From: Bryobacteraceae bacterium
GTDB taxonomy: Bacteria > Acidobacteriota > Terriglobia > Bryobacterales > Bryobacteraceae
NCBI GenBank assembly: GCA_035541265.1
Contig: DATKNQ010000141.1
Span: 4,179-68,178, forward strand
Direction: 5' to 3'
DNA: 64,000 bases
In this document: positions 9,034 through 18,391 of the stretch, one piece after another
How the letters are laid out: each line of letters opens with the position of its first letter
Position numbering within the stretch: position 1 is the stretch's first letter
The notes under the pieces: generated by a model
Databases searched by the model: none
What the model saw: only the letters and a program-made list of their open reading frames with translations
Told to the model about the DNA's origin: nothing
Position numbers and translations under genes: made by a program

Positions 9034-9776
9034 TGGGCCGCGACTCACTGTTAATCATCGTGCCGGCGTATAACGAAGAAGGCGCGGTGGGGGACGTGGT
9101 GCGGGCGGTGCACGCGGCGATGCCGGGCAGGCCGGTGGTTGTGATTGACGATTGCTCGACGGATGGCACGCAGAGCGTCGCGCGGCAGGCGGGCGCGCAG
9201 GTGCTGCCGCTACCGCATCATCTAGGTCTGGGCGGGTGCGTGCAGGCGGGATACAAACTGGCATTCGAGCTGGGCTACGAATACGTAATCCGGCTGGATG
9301 GCGACGGTCAGCACGATGCGGGGGACGTACCGCGGATCTTTGAGGCGCTGCGCAGCTCGGGGTGCGAGATGGTGATCGGCTCGCGCTTTCTGGAGGCGAA
9401 CGGATCGGGCACGAGCGCGGTGCGGAGTTTGGGCATTGGTTTTTTCCGGATGGTGCTGCGGCCGATTTTGGGGAAGCCGGTACACGATCCGACATCCGGT
9501 TTTGTGGGCGTGAACCGGCGGGCGCTGCAGGTGTTCAGCAAGAGCTTTCCGCTGGAGTATCCGGAAATCGAGGCGTTGGTAGTGCTGCAGCGGAAGCGGT
9601 TCCGGTTCATGGAGATTCCGTGCAAGATGCATCCGCGCACGACGGGGCGTTCCTCGATCACGGCGATGCGCTCGATTTACTACATCGCGCACGTGCTGCT
9701 GGGGGTGTTCGTCAACGTATTGAAGTACGACCAGAAGGGCGGCCGGAAGAAACGGCGGACGGACGGCGAGTCATAA
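9033..9776 (+). CDS. GT2 polyprenyl-phosphate glycosyltransferase-like enzyme (DPM1/GtrB/ArnC-like)
   Basis: ATG overlaps the upstream TAA (TAATG). LLIIVPAYNEE, VIDDCSTDGT, LDGDGQHD motifs and a C-terminal TM segment. Confidence 0.8.
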   Translation: MGRDSLLIIVPAYNEEGAVGDVVRAVHAAMPGRPVVVIDDCSTDGTQSVARQAGAQVLPLPHHLGLGGCVQAGYKLAFELGYEYVIRLDGDGQHDAGDVPRIFEALRSSGCEMVIGSRFLEANGSGTSAVRSLGIGFFRMVLRPILGKPVHDPTSGFVGVNRRALQVFSKSFPLEYPEIEALVVLQRKRFRFMEIPCKMHPRTTGRSSITAMRSIYYIAHVLLGVFVNVLKYDQKGGRKKRRTDGES

Positions 9777-9789
9777 ACGGAGAAGACGG

Positions 9790-10149
9790 ATGGATCGTTT
9801 GCTGAATGTGTTGACGCTGCTGAGCGGGGTACTGCTGCTATTTGTGCTGGTTTCGGTGAGGCGGGCGCATATCCGGGTAGAATATTCGGTAACGTGGTTA
9901 CTGGCTTCGGCCGCTTTGCTGATTCTTTCACGCGCGCGCGGCTTACTCGAATCCGCCGCACATACCCTTGGGCTGACTTATCCGCCGCTAGCCCTGTTAC
10001 TGGTGGTGGGCTGTGTATTCCTCATGATGTTCTACCGTTTCTCGGTCATTATTTCGAAGCTTCGCGACGATAACATTGCGCTGGCGCAGCGGCTGGCGGT
10101 TCTGGAGTATCACTTACAAAATCTGCGAGATGGAGCGTCCAATGCCTGA
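9790..10149 (+). CDS. DUF2304-like small membrane protein
   Basis: 119 aa with 3-4 TM segments and a C-terminal amphipathic helix. The position right after a GtrB-like GT2 is the usual context of DUF2304. Confidence 0.65.
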   Translation: MDRLLNVLTLLSGVLLLFVLVSVRRAHIRVEYSVTWLLASAALLILSRARGLLESAAHTLGLTYPPLALLLVVGCVFLMMFYRFSVIISKLRDDNIALAQRLAVLEYHLQNLRDGASNA

Positions 10150-11911
10150 GGCGCGGGCCAAGGCGCGTCCGCGGGGTGGCACGAAGGGGAAGGATCGGCG
10201 CGAGAAGGCGGCCGAGGCGGCGCAGGCGCGTCAGAAGACGACGCGCTGGTGGGCGGGCGTGGCGGCCGCGGCTGCGGCGATTTACCTGGCCTTTCAAGTG
10301 TACGCGCCGGCACTGGGCGGGCCTTTTGTGTTTGACGACCGGCTGCTCCCGTATTACGCGCAAGATTTCACGGGCAAACTCGGGGCGTGGCTGGCCGGCG
10401 TGCGGCCGACACTGATGTTGAGTTACTGGCTGAACTACCAGGTGTCTAAAGGCCCGTTCCTTTTCCACGTAACCAACGTACTGATTCACTTAGTGGGCAG
10501 TTTTTTGGTGTTTCTCATCGTGCGGAAGCTGCTGCGACTGGCACGGCCGGAAGGCGCGGAGAATGATGACTTACTGGCCGGATTTGCCGGATTTGTATTC
10601 CTGCTGCATCCGATCCAGACCGAGTCAGTCGCCTATGTGGCGGGAAGATCGGAGAGCCTGAGCGTAATGTTCTTTCTGGCGGCGTTCGCGGTTTTTCTTT
10701 ACCGGCGGGCGGCGGAAGTGTCGTGGTCAATCGCTATCGCAGTGCTGGCATTGTTCGGCGCGGCGGTGACCAGCAAGGAGCACACGCTGGTGCTGCCCGC
10801 ACTGTTGCTATTGACTGACTACTACTGGAATCCGGGCTTTTCGTTCGCGGGTATACGGAGGAACTGGCGGATCTATGCGCCGATCGCGGTGGGCGGGCTG
10901 GCGGGCGGAATCTTCGTGACGCGGATTCTGGCGGGGTCCGAGACCGCGGGCTTCCGGATGGAGGATTTCACCTGGTATCAATATTTCTTCACACAGTGCC
11001 GGGCGTTTTTTGTTTACCTGCGGCTATTCGTGTTTCCGGTGGGGCAGGATCTGGACTGGGACTATCCAATCTCGCACACGATTCTGGAGCACGGGGCGAT
11101 TATCGGACTGCTGGTGATCGTGCTGCTGATTGCTGGGGCGATTTATTACCGGCGGCGTCTTCCTTTGGCGTCTTACGGATTTTTGGCGTACGTGCTTTTG
11201 ATGGCGCCGACGTCGTCGTTCGTACCGATTCGGGATCCGTTGGCCGAGCGGCGGTTGTATATGCCGATGATCGGGCTGCTGCTGGTGGCGGTGGCACTGT
11301 TGCAGCGGGTCCACGTGGACCGGCGGAAGCTTGCGGTGGCGGGATGCGCGGCGCTGGCCGTACTGGCATTCGCGACGTATCATCGCAGCGAGGTGTGGGC
11401 GAGTGACATCAGCCTGTGGGAAGATACAGCGCGGGAGTCGCCGGGCAAGGCGCGGGTACATTTTCAGTTAGCGCACACTTACTACACTCACGGCCGGTGC
11501 CGCGACGCGGTAAATGAGTATAGTGAAACGGCGAAGTTACAGAGACCGGATTACCGGCTGCTGGTCGACTGGGCGCTGGCTTATGACTGCGCGGATCAAC
11601 CGGACCAGGCGCTGGCCAAGCTGCGGCAGGCGGCGGCACTGAATCCGACGGCGCACGTCTACTCGCAGATTGGGATGGTGTACGCCAAACGATCGCAGTG
11701 GCCGGAGGCTCTGGCGGCGCTCGAACAGGCTGAGAAACGCGATCCGAGCTATGCCGAGATCTATTACTATCGCGGCGGCATCCGGGCCAAGACGGGCGAT
11801 ATGCAGGAGGCCGCGGCAGACTTCCGGCACGCGCTGGCGCTCGATCCGAAGTTAGAGCCGGCGCGCGAGGGACTGAATTACGTGCTGACCCAGATACCGG
11901 CGCAGCGCTGA
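10130..11911 (+). CDS. GT-C-fold membrane glycosyltransferase-like protein with C-terminal TPR repeats (TMTC/PMT-like, DUF1736-like)
   Basis: FVFDD first-loop motif, HVTNVLIHL, LLHPIQTESVAYVAGRSE, about 10 TM segments, then TPR repeats. The start (10130 or 10142) overlaps the end of the DUF2304 gene. Confidence 0.7.
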   Translation: MERPMPEARAKARPRGGTKGKDRREKAAEAAQARQKTTRWWAGVAAAAAAIYLAFQVYAPALGGPFVFDDRLLPYYAQDFTGKLGAWLAGVRPTLMLSYWLNYQVSKGPFLFHVTNVLIHLVGSFLVFLIVRKLLRLARPEGAENDDLLAGFAGFVFLLHPIQTESVAYVAGRSESLSVMFFLAAFAVFLYRRAAEVSWSIAIAVLALFGAAVTSKEHTLVLPALLLLTDYYWNPGFSFAGIRRNWRIYAPIAVGGLAGGIFVTRILAGSETAGFRMEDFTWYQYFFTQCRAFFVYLRLFVFPVGQDLDWDYPISHTILEHGAIIGLLVIVLLIAGAIYYRRRLPLASYGFLAYVLLMAPTSSFVPIRDPLAERRLYMPMIGLLLVAVALLQRVHVDRRKLAVAGCAALAVLAFATYHRSEVWASDISLWEDTARESPGKARVHFQLAHTYYTHGRCRDAVNEYSETAKLQRPDYRLLVDWALAYDCADQPDQALAKLRQAAALNPTAHVYSQIGMVYAKRSQWPEALAALEQAEKRDPSYAEIYYYRGGIRAKTGDMQEAAADFRHALALDPKLEPAREGLNYVLTQIPAQR

Positions 11912-11912
11912 C

Positions 11913-13028
11913 ATGGCAGCTTTGCGGATCGGCATCAACGCCCTGTACATGATTCCGGGCGGCGTGGGCGGCACGGAGATCTACTTACGCCACTTACTCC
12001 GGGCGTTGGCGGAGATTGACAGCCGCAACGAATATTTTGTCTTCACGAATCGTGAGACGGGTTGCGGACTGACTCCCGAGCGGGCAAATTTTCACAGCAT
12101 GCCACAGGGCGTGCGGGCACGGCGGCGTCCGGCGCGGATCTTTTGGGAACAGACCGTACTGCCGGGGGCGGCGGCGCGCCTGGGGCTGGATGCGCTGTTG
12201 AATCCGGGTTTCACAGCGCCGTTTTACTGTCCGTGCGCCAGCGTGACGATGTTCCACGACATGCAGCACAAACGCCATCCGGAACACTTCCGCTGGTTCG
12301 ATCTGCCGTTCTGGAGAGCGATGCTGTATTGGTCGGCGCACTTGGCGACGGTGATCCTGGCGAACTCGGAGGCGACCCGCAAGGACGTGCTGAGTTATTA
12401 CCGGCTGCCGGAGGAGAGAGTACGGGTCGCGGAGCTGGGCGTGGATCCAGCGTTTTTCGGAATGCGGCGCACACCGGAAAAGCTGTTGCTGACGGTATCG
12501 ACGCTGCATCCGCACAAGGGCCTGGATGCGCTGCTCGAAGCCTTCGCGCGGTTTCATGGCGAGCGGCCGGAGTTTCGCCTGGCGATCGCGGGGCTACGGG
12601 GATTTCATACCGCGGCGGTGGAGCGGCGGCGCGCGGAGCTTGGCCTAACGGAGGCGGTCGAGCTGACCGGCTGGATTCCGCGCGAGCAATTATACGGCTT
12701 ATTCGAGCGGGCCTGCGCGTTCGTCTTCCCGTCGACATTCGAGGGGTTCGGCATGCCGGTAGTGGAGGCGCTGGCGGCGGGGATTCCCACGGCGTGCTCG
12801 GATATCGAGCCGCTGGCGACGATGGTGGGAGGCGCGGCGGTGTTATTTGAAGCGGGCAGCGCGGAGGCCATCCATGCGGCGCTGGGGCGGCTGGTTGCGG
12901 ACCCGGAACTGCGCGCGCGGCTCGAGATGGAAGGGCCACTGCGGGCGGCGGCCTTCTCGTGGAAGTCCACCGCGCAAGTTACACTGGATGCGATTGTGGA
13001 CGCGGCGGAGGGGAGAAGACGGAGTTAG
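11913..13028 (+). CDS. glycosyltransferase family 4 (GT-B, Glycos_transf_1)
   Basis: FVFPSTFEGFGMPVVEALAAGIP signature. Starts 1 nt after the upstream stop. Confidence 0.85.
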   Translation: MAALRIGINALYMIPGGVGGTEIYLRHLLRALAEIDSRNEYFVFTNRETGCGLTPERANFHSMPQGVRARRRPARIFWEQTVLPGAAARLGLDALLNPGFTAPFYCPCASVTMFHDMQHKRHPEHFRWFDLPFWRAMLYWSAHLATVILANSEATRKDVLSYYRLPEERVRVAELGVDPAFFGMRRTPEKLLLTVSTLHPHKGLDALLEAFARFHGERPEFRLAIAGLRGFHTAAVERRRAELGLTEAVELTGWIPREQLYGLFERACAFVFPSTFEGFGMPVVEALAAGIPTACSDIEPLATMVGGAAVLFEAGSAEAIHAALGRLVADPELRARLEMEGPLRAAAFSWKSTAQVTLDAIVDAAEGRRRS

Positions 13029-13420
13029 AGCAGCGCGGGATCGAGGCGGTCATCCGGCGCCGGCTGGAGCACGGGGCCAGGCAACCCGGCGGACGAACCA
13101 CCCTGCAGAAACTGGAGTAACTGATCCTGGGAGCTTTCAAAGTAACAATCGAGAAACTCCTTCAGGGCCAGGCGGCGCATAGCGTCGCGCGAGACGGAAG
13201 GCTGGTAGACAAAGGCCCGGCCGGATTTGCGGCGAGTGACCACACCGCGGCGCGCCAGGCGGTCGAGGATGGTCATGACGGTGGTGTAGGCCAAGGCGCG
13301 ATTGGGAGTCACTAGCCGGCGGACATCCTTGACACTTCCCTGCCCCAGCGACCAGAGCGCGTTGAGGCAGAGTAATTCGAGCGGCGGCGGGATATCTCGC
13401 GTAGCGGCTTTGCGCATCAA
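13025..13420 (-). CDS. BlaI/MecI/CopY family transcriptional repressor
   Basis: Winged-helix block LELLCLNALWSLGQGSVKDVRRLV...AYTTVMTILDRLARRGVVTRRKSGRAFVYQP. ATGA overlap with the upstream gene. Confidence 0.85.
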   Translation of the reverse strand: MMRKAATRDIPPPLELLCLNALWSLGQGSVKDVRRLVTPNRALAYTTVMTILDRLARRGVVTRRKSGRAFVYQPSVSRDAMRRLALKEFLDCYFESSQDQLLQFLQGGSSAGLPGPVLQPAPDDRLDPALL

Positions 13421-14532
13421 CCCTCCCGTTTAGACCCGGCGATTTGGAGGGCGTCGAGCAGTTTGCCGGCAAACGGCGAGACAGCCGGCGGAGCGGACTT
13501 ACGGGCAACAGCCAAACCGTCAGGCGGACGGGCAGGCTGCGCGGCGGGAGGTTTGGGCGAATCGGACGGCGGCCCTTCGAGATACTTATCCTTCTTGAGT
13601 AACATGCGATCGAGCGGTGAGCAATAACTGGTGAAGTTACCCTCCAGTTGGCGGTCGGTTTCGAGCAGGTGGCGCATGCACTCCATCTTGGAATCCAGGT
13701 CATCCAGATAGTGAAGGAGCATGGCTTCGGGAAACACGGGAGTCTTGGGCGAGCCGAAGTCCAACTGGCCGTGATGGCTGATGATCATGTGTTCGACCAG
13801 CGTACGCAAGCGCGGGGGAAAATCCGGTAAGTCGCGCAACTTGGCCCCGACCATGCGCAGGGCGATCATCATGTGGCCGAGTAGCTGGCCCTCGTCGCTA
13901 TAACTGAAGCCGCGCTCGTACTGCAACTCATATATCTTGCCGATGTCGTGGAGGATGACTCCGGTCATGAGCAGGTCGCCATCGATGATGGGGTAATGGC
14001 AGGTAGTGGCACGGGCCAGGTGACAGAGCGACAGGACGTGTTCGATCAAGCCGCCGAGATAGGCATGATGGATCTGCTTGGCGGCTGGCGCGATGCGGTA
14101 TCGCCGTGCGATGTCGTCATCGTCGAGCAGAGCGTCCACCAGCGCGCGCAGGTGCGGATTCGCGATGGCGGCGGCGAATTCACGGAGCTCGCGCCACATC
14201 TCATCCCGGTCGCGCCTGGAAGCCGGGAAGAAATCGGTGAAGTCCACCTCACGGTCATCGAGGCGCTGGATGGAGTGGACGGTTAACTGGGGGCGGTTAT
14301 GATAGATCTGCAGGAGTCCCTTGATGCGCACGAAATCGTCACGCTCGAAGGTTTCCATGACGACGGTTACGTTGTCGAAGATGCGGGCGTCGAGATCGCC
14401 AGTACGATCGCCGAGCACAAGCGACAAATAAGGATCGCCCTTCTTGTTCTGGCGTAACTCCTTGGAGCAGACCAGAAATGTGGCGGCCTTGACTTCTCCC
14501 GGCTTAAGTTCGTTAACGTAAGGCGATTTCAT
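13417..14532 (-). CDS. OB-fold plus HD-domain 3'-5' exoribonuclease, YhaM-like
   Basis: N-terminal OB fold (FLVCSKELRQNKKGDPYLSLVLGDRTG), HD motifs HHAYLGGLIEHVL and ILHDIGK. Internal ATG at 14532 is chosen; the tabulated start overlaps the upstream gene. Confidence 0.8.
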   Translation of the reverse strand: MKSPYVNELKPGEVKAATFLVCSKELRQNKKGDPYLSLVLGDRTGDLDARIFDNVTVVMETFERDDFVRIKGLLQIYHNRPQLTVHSIQRLDDREVDFTDFFPASRRDRDEMWRELREFAAAIANPHLRALVDALLDDDDIARRYRIAPAAKQIHHAYLGGLIEHVLSLCHLARATTCHYPIIDGDLLMTGVILHDIGKIYELQYERGFSYSDEGQLLGHMMIALRMVGAKLRDLPDFPPRLRTLVEHMIISHHGQLDFGSPKTPVFPEAMLLHYLDDLDSKMECMRHLLETDRQLEGNFTSYCSPLDRMLLKKDKYLEGPPSDSPKPPAAQPARPPDGLAVARKSAPPAVSPFAGKLLDALQIAGSKREG

Positions 14533-14549
14533 GACGGCGGCCGCGCCGG

Positions 14550-15752
14550 TCAGGACTTTTGCGGCGCGGGGGCCGGAGAGACGGTGGGTGGCGCTGCCGT
14601 CGCGGGCTTCTTTACGCCGCCGGTCCACGGAAGCGGGATAACCCAGAGTAAGTGTTTGCGTTTACGGTGAGTAGCCACTTCTTCTTTCGTCACAGTCTGG
14701 GGCTTTAACTGGGCGACGTCTTTCCAGGCAGTATCCTTGCCGGGCGCAGCGCCGCTATCCAGGTAGCCGGCCTTGATCTCCAAGAAGGCATCCTGGCGCA
14801 ACTTAGTAAGATAGGTACGCACCTTGGCGTTCATCTGGGGCATCACGATGCGGCCGGTGATCTCGTCCTCGACCTCTTCGTAAGAAGCCAGGCCTTTTTC
14901 ATGGCGGTCGACGATTTTCAGAACCAGGAAGCCGTTCGGCACTTTGATGGGGTCAGTCACATAGCCTTTGGGCTGCTTGAAGACGATGTCCTCGATCGGC
15001 TTCATCAACTGGCCGCGCTTGAAGGGGGGTAACTCGCCGCCGTTGCGGGCTGTTTCCAGGTCGTCGGAGTTAGTGGTGGCGAGATCGGAAAACTTTTCGC
15101 CCTTGCGCGCGCGGGCGGTCAAGTCCTTGGCCTTCTTTTCAGCGGCTTTAGCCTGGTCCGGCGTTTTGCCTTCGGTGGAGATCAGGATCTGCTGCAGGAA
15201 GACTTCTTCGTCACGGACGAAGTCGTTCTTGTGCTGATCGTAGTATTTGCGCTTCTCGGCGTCGGGAATCGCGATGCGGGAGCTGACTTCCTCGGAGATC
15301 ACGCGCTGGGTCAGGAGCTGATTCTTGACCTGCTGCTTGAAGTCTTCGAAGGGCATGCCCATCTGTTCGCGGACGAAATCGTGGAACTTATCGGGGTCGG
15401 CGAGACCGCTGCGCACCTGCATTTCGGCGAGACGCTTGGTGATCTCGGCGTCGACGCTGATGTTCAGATCTTTGGCTTTTTGCACGAGGAGGAGCTGGTC
15501 AATCTGGTCGCGCAAAGCGTCCGCGGCGCGGGCCTTCACGGCGTCCTGCAGCTTGGCGCCTGTCAAGCCCTGCTGGCGGAGATCGGCCTCAATTTCCTGG
15601 CGGCTATGCAGCAGTTCACCGCGGGTGATGATGTCGCCGTTCACTTTGGCAACGATCTCTTCGACAATGTGCACGTCCGCTCCCGCGAGGAGGGAGAGCG
15701 AGGCGGCGGTCGAAAAGGAGGCTGCCGCAAGAACAATGAGCCTGCGATACAT
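14550..15752 (-). CDS. SurA-like periplasmic chaperone / parvulin-type peptidyl-prolyl isomerase
   Basis: Signal peptide, SurA_N-like region (VAKVNGDIITRGEL), then a rotamase domain (FSDLATTNSDD...GGELPPFKRGQLMKPIEDIVF). Confidence 0.8.
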   Translation of the reverse strand: MYRRLIVLAAASFSTAASLSLLAGADVHIVEEIVAKVNGDIITRGELLHSRQEIEADLRQQGLTGAKLQDAVKARAADALRDQIDQLLLVQKAKDLNISVDAEITKRLAEMQVRSGLADPDKFHDFVREQMGMPFEDFKQQVKNQLLTQRVISEEVSSRIAIPDAEKRKYYDQHKNDFVRDEEVFLQQILISTEGKTPDQAKAAEKKAKDLTARARKGEKFSDLATTNSDDLETARNGGELPPFKRGQLMKPIEDIVFKQPKGYVTDPIKVPNGFLVLKIVDRHEKGLASYEEVEDEITGRIVMPQMNAKVRTYLTKLRQDAFLEIKAGYLDSGAAPGKDTAWKDVAQLKPQTVTKEEVATHRKRKHLLWVIPLPWTGGVKKPATAAPPTVSPAPAPQKS

Positions 15753-15882
15753 ATATGGGACATTCTAGCACCCGGGGCCGCCGGCTTTGGGGAGGGCCGG
15801 CCGCATTCCCAGGGGGAACACCGGAGGCCACAGCGTGTGGTACGCTGATGAGTTCGTAAACTTCAAAAGGAGTCTTCTAAGC

Positions 15883-16407
15883 ATGTCAGCAAGGTTGGGA
15901 GTGCGGGTAGCCGCGGTTTGCCTCGCGCTCGTGTCATTCGGCAAGATCGGTCTGAGCCAGACCAAGGTGGGCGTGGTCAGCTTGCAAAGGGCTGTGCTGG
16001 ACACGGCCGAAATCAAGCAGAAGTCGGCCGAGATGGAGGCGAAATACAAGCCCCGGCAGCAGCAGATGGAGGCTCTGCAACGTGACATCGACAACATCAA
16101 GCAGCAGTTGCAGAGCAACGCGGGCAAGCTGACGGAGGCCGCGTTAGCCGACCTGAATTCGCAGGGGCAGTACAAGCAGCGTCAGCTTCAGCGGATGAGC
16201 GACGATCTGCAATCGGACGTGAATGCCGAGCGCAACGACATTCTGGGGGCGTGCAGCCGCAGGATGCAGGAAGTGGTGCGCAAGCTGGCGGATGAAAAGG
16301 GTCTGGACGTAGTGGTAGACGTGCAGAGCACGGTGTTTTACAAGCCGGCGCTGGACCTGACGGCAGAGGCTGTGGCCGCCTACGACAAGGCATACCCGGC
16401 GAAGTAG
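15883..16407 (+). CDS. OmpH/Skp family periplasmic chaperone
   Basis: ATG at 15883 preceded by AAAAGGAG. Signal peptide then a coiled-coil Gln/Lys-rich region. Divergent from the surA-like gene. Confidence 0.8.
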   Translation: MSARLGVRVAAVCLALVSFGKIGLSQTKVGVVSLQRAVLDTAEIKQKSAEMEAKYKPRQQQMEALQRDIDNIKQQLQSNAGKLTEAALADLNSQGQYKQRQLQRMSDDLQSDVNAERNDILGACSRRMQEVVRKLADEKGLDVVVDVQSTVFYKPALDLTAEAVAAYDKAYPAK

Positions 16408-16416
16408 GATGGAAAG

Positions 16417-16917
16417 ATGGCTGGCTATCTGGATCAATACGGGGCCGGCGACGAACGGCGCGAGAAGCGCAACAAGCTGATTTTCACGCTGGGGGCCGCG
16501 GCCCTAGTTGTGCTCTTCCTGTGGTTCTTCCTTTACGGCTGGGACAAGACGGAGATCCTGCGGATTCAGTCGGTAGCCAGGCTGGCGCAGGTGCTGCGCA
16601 ACCACCGGCAGGAGAGCCGGGTGAAGAGCTTCTTCGACTTACTACGCCGCAAGGATTACAAGGCGGCGTACGCGATGTGGAACTGCACGGACGCGCACCC
16701 CTGCCGGGACTACGCGTTCCCGGAGTTCATGAAAGACTGGGGACCGGACAGCCCGCGCAACCCATCGGACTACGATATTTCGAGGAGCCGCTCGTGCGGA
16801 TCGGGCGTGATTGTGACCGTGGATTTCGACCGCCGCGAGGAAGACGCGCTGTGGGTACAGCGGAGCGATCTGACGATCGGCTTTTCGCCGTTTCCGATCT
16901 GCCAGGCCGGGTCGTGA
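16417..16917 (+). CDS. hypothetical membrane-anchored protein
   Basis: 166-aa ORF with a single N-terminal TM (LIFTLGAAALVVLFLWFFLYGW). No family recognised. Confidence 0.55.
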   Translation: MAGYLDQYGAGDERREKRNKLIFTLGAAALVVLFLWFFLYGWDKTEILRIQSVARLAQVLRNHRQESRVKSFFDLLRRKDYKAAYAMWNCTDAHPCRDYAFPEFMKDWGPDSPRNPSDYDISRSRSCGSGVIVTVDFDRREEDALWVQRSDLTIGFSPFPICQAGS

Positions 16918-16977
16918 GGGGGCGCGGAGCGGGTTCACTGCGCGCGTCATAGAATAGTAAAAAGAGACTGGAACAGC

Positions 16978-18099
16978 ATGGGCACAACAGTGGCAGGTTT
17001 GGAAGGCGTAGTCGCCGGCGAGTCGGAGATTTGCTACATCGACGGTTACGCGGGCGTTCTCAGCTATCGCGGCTATAACATTCACACGCTGGCGGACAAT
17101 GCGACTTTCGAGGAGGTGATTTACCTACTCTGGAACGGACACCTGCCGAAGCGCGAGGAGTTGGAGCAGCTTAAGAAGGAACTGGGCGCCAACCGCGGGC
17201 TGCCGCCGGCCGTGCTGGAGTTTCTGAAATCGGCGCCGCAGGCCAGTCCGATGGACGTGCTGCGCACGGCGGTTTCGATGCTGGGCATGTACGATCCGGA
17301 GACGCCCGACATGATGCCGGACGCGAACGCGCGCAAGGCGATGCGGCTGATGTCACAGACGTCGACGATGGTGACGACGTTCGACCGGTTGCGCAAGGGT
17401 CTGCACGTGATCAACGGCGACCCGGGGATGACGTTCGCCGAGAACTTCCTGTACACGCTGACGGGCAAACGTCCCGACGAAGTGATGGAGCACGCTTTCG
17501 ATGTGGCGCTGATTCTGCATGCGGACCACGAGCTGAACGCGTCCACCTTCGCGGCGCGCGTGACGGCGGCGACGCTTTCCGATATTTATTCGGCGATGAC
17601 GTCGGCGATCGGGGCACTGAAGGGCCCGCTGCACGGCGGCGCGAACCAGGACGTGATCAAGGTACTGCTGCAGCTTTCGAGCGAGGAAGCGGCCATCGAC
17701 CGGGTGAAGAGCACGCTGGCGCGCAAGGTGAAGCTGGCGGGGTTCGGGCATCGGGTGTATCGCACGGAAGATCCGCGGGCTACGCACTTGCGCGTGCTTT
17801 CCGAGGAGTTGGGCAAGCGCACGGGGCACGAGAAGCTGTTCCGCATGTCGCGGGCGATGGAGCAGACCGTCAAGGAGGAGAAGGGCCTGATCGCGAACGT
17901 GGACTTCTATTCGGCCTCGACCTATTATTCGCTGGGCATTCCGGTGGATTTGTTTACGACGGTCTTCGCCGTAAGCCGCATGTCGGGATGGACGGCGCAC
18001 GTGCTGGAACAGTATAAGAACAACCGCCTGATCCGGCCGCGCGCGGAGTACAAGGGGAATCCGGACGGGATGCCGTGGATTCCGATGGGCGAACGCTAA
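16978..18099 (+). CDS. citrate synthase (short, about 370 aa type)
   Basis: GLEGVVAGESEICYIDG, LILHADHELNAST, GFGHRVYRTEDPRA signatures. Confidence 0.9.
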   Translation: MGTTVAGLEGVVAGESEICYIDGYAGVLSYRGYNIHTLADNATFEEVIYLLWNGHLPKREELEQLKKELGANRGLPPAVLEFLKSAPQASPMDVLRTAVSMLGMYDPETPDMMPDANARKAMRLMSQTSTMVTTFDRLRKGLHVINGDPGMTFAENFLYTLTGKRPDEVMEHAFDVALILHADHELNASTFAARVTAATLSDIYSAMTSAIGALKGPLHGGANQDVIKVLLQLSSEEAAIDRVKSTLARKVKLAGFGHRVYRTEDPRATHLRVLSEELGKRTGHEKLFRMSRAMEQTVKEEKGLIANVDFYSASTYYSLGIPVDLFTTVFAVSRMSGWTAHVLEQYKNNRLIRPRAEYKGNPDGMPWIPMGER

Positions 18100-18372
18100 G
18101 TGGACGAACGCGCCTATTATACGGAATCGCAGACGACCAAGCCGGCGTCGTTGCACTGCCCGTTCTGCCGGTCGACGGAGACGTACGAACTGCGCTGGAC
18201 GGTGCGGAAGAAGAAAGATCGTTTGCCGCCGGGGGCGGATGAGCGGGACCGGGCGCGTTTTGCGAAATCGCAGAGTTACATGGTGCTGATGGACGATAAG
18301 GTAGCGTGTAAGAATTTGCGATGCCGGAAGCGGTTCGATATTTCAGGCGTGAAGACGATGGCGTTTATTTAG
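18100..18372 (+). CDS. hypothetical 4-Cys zinc-ribbon-like protein (90 aa)
   Basis: GTG start directly abuts the citrate synthase TAA. CPFC...CKNLRC cysteine pairs. Coding-like composition. Confidence 0.45.
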   Translation: MDERAYYTESQTTKPASLHCPFCRSTETYELRWTVRKKKDRLPPGADERDRARFAKSQSYMVLMDDKVACKNLRCRKRFDISGVKTMAFI

Positions 18373-18391
18373 CCGGACCTTGCGTCTGTGC

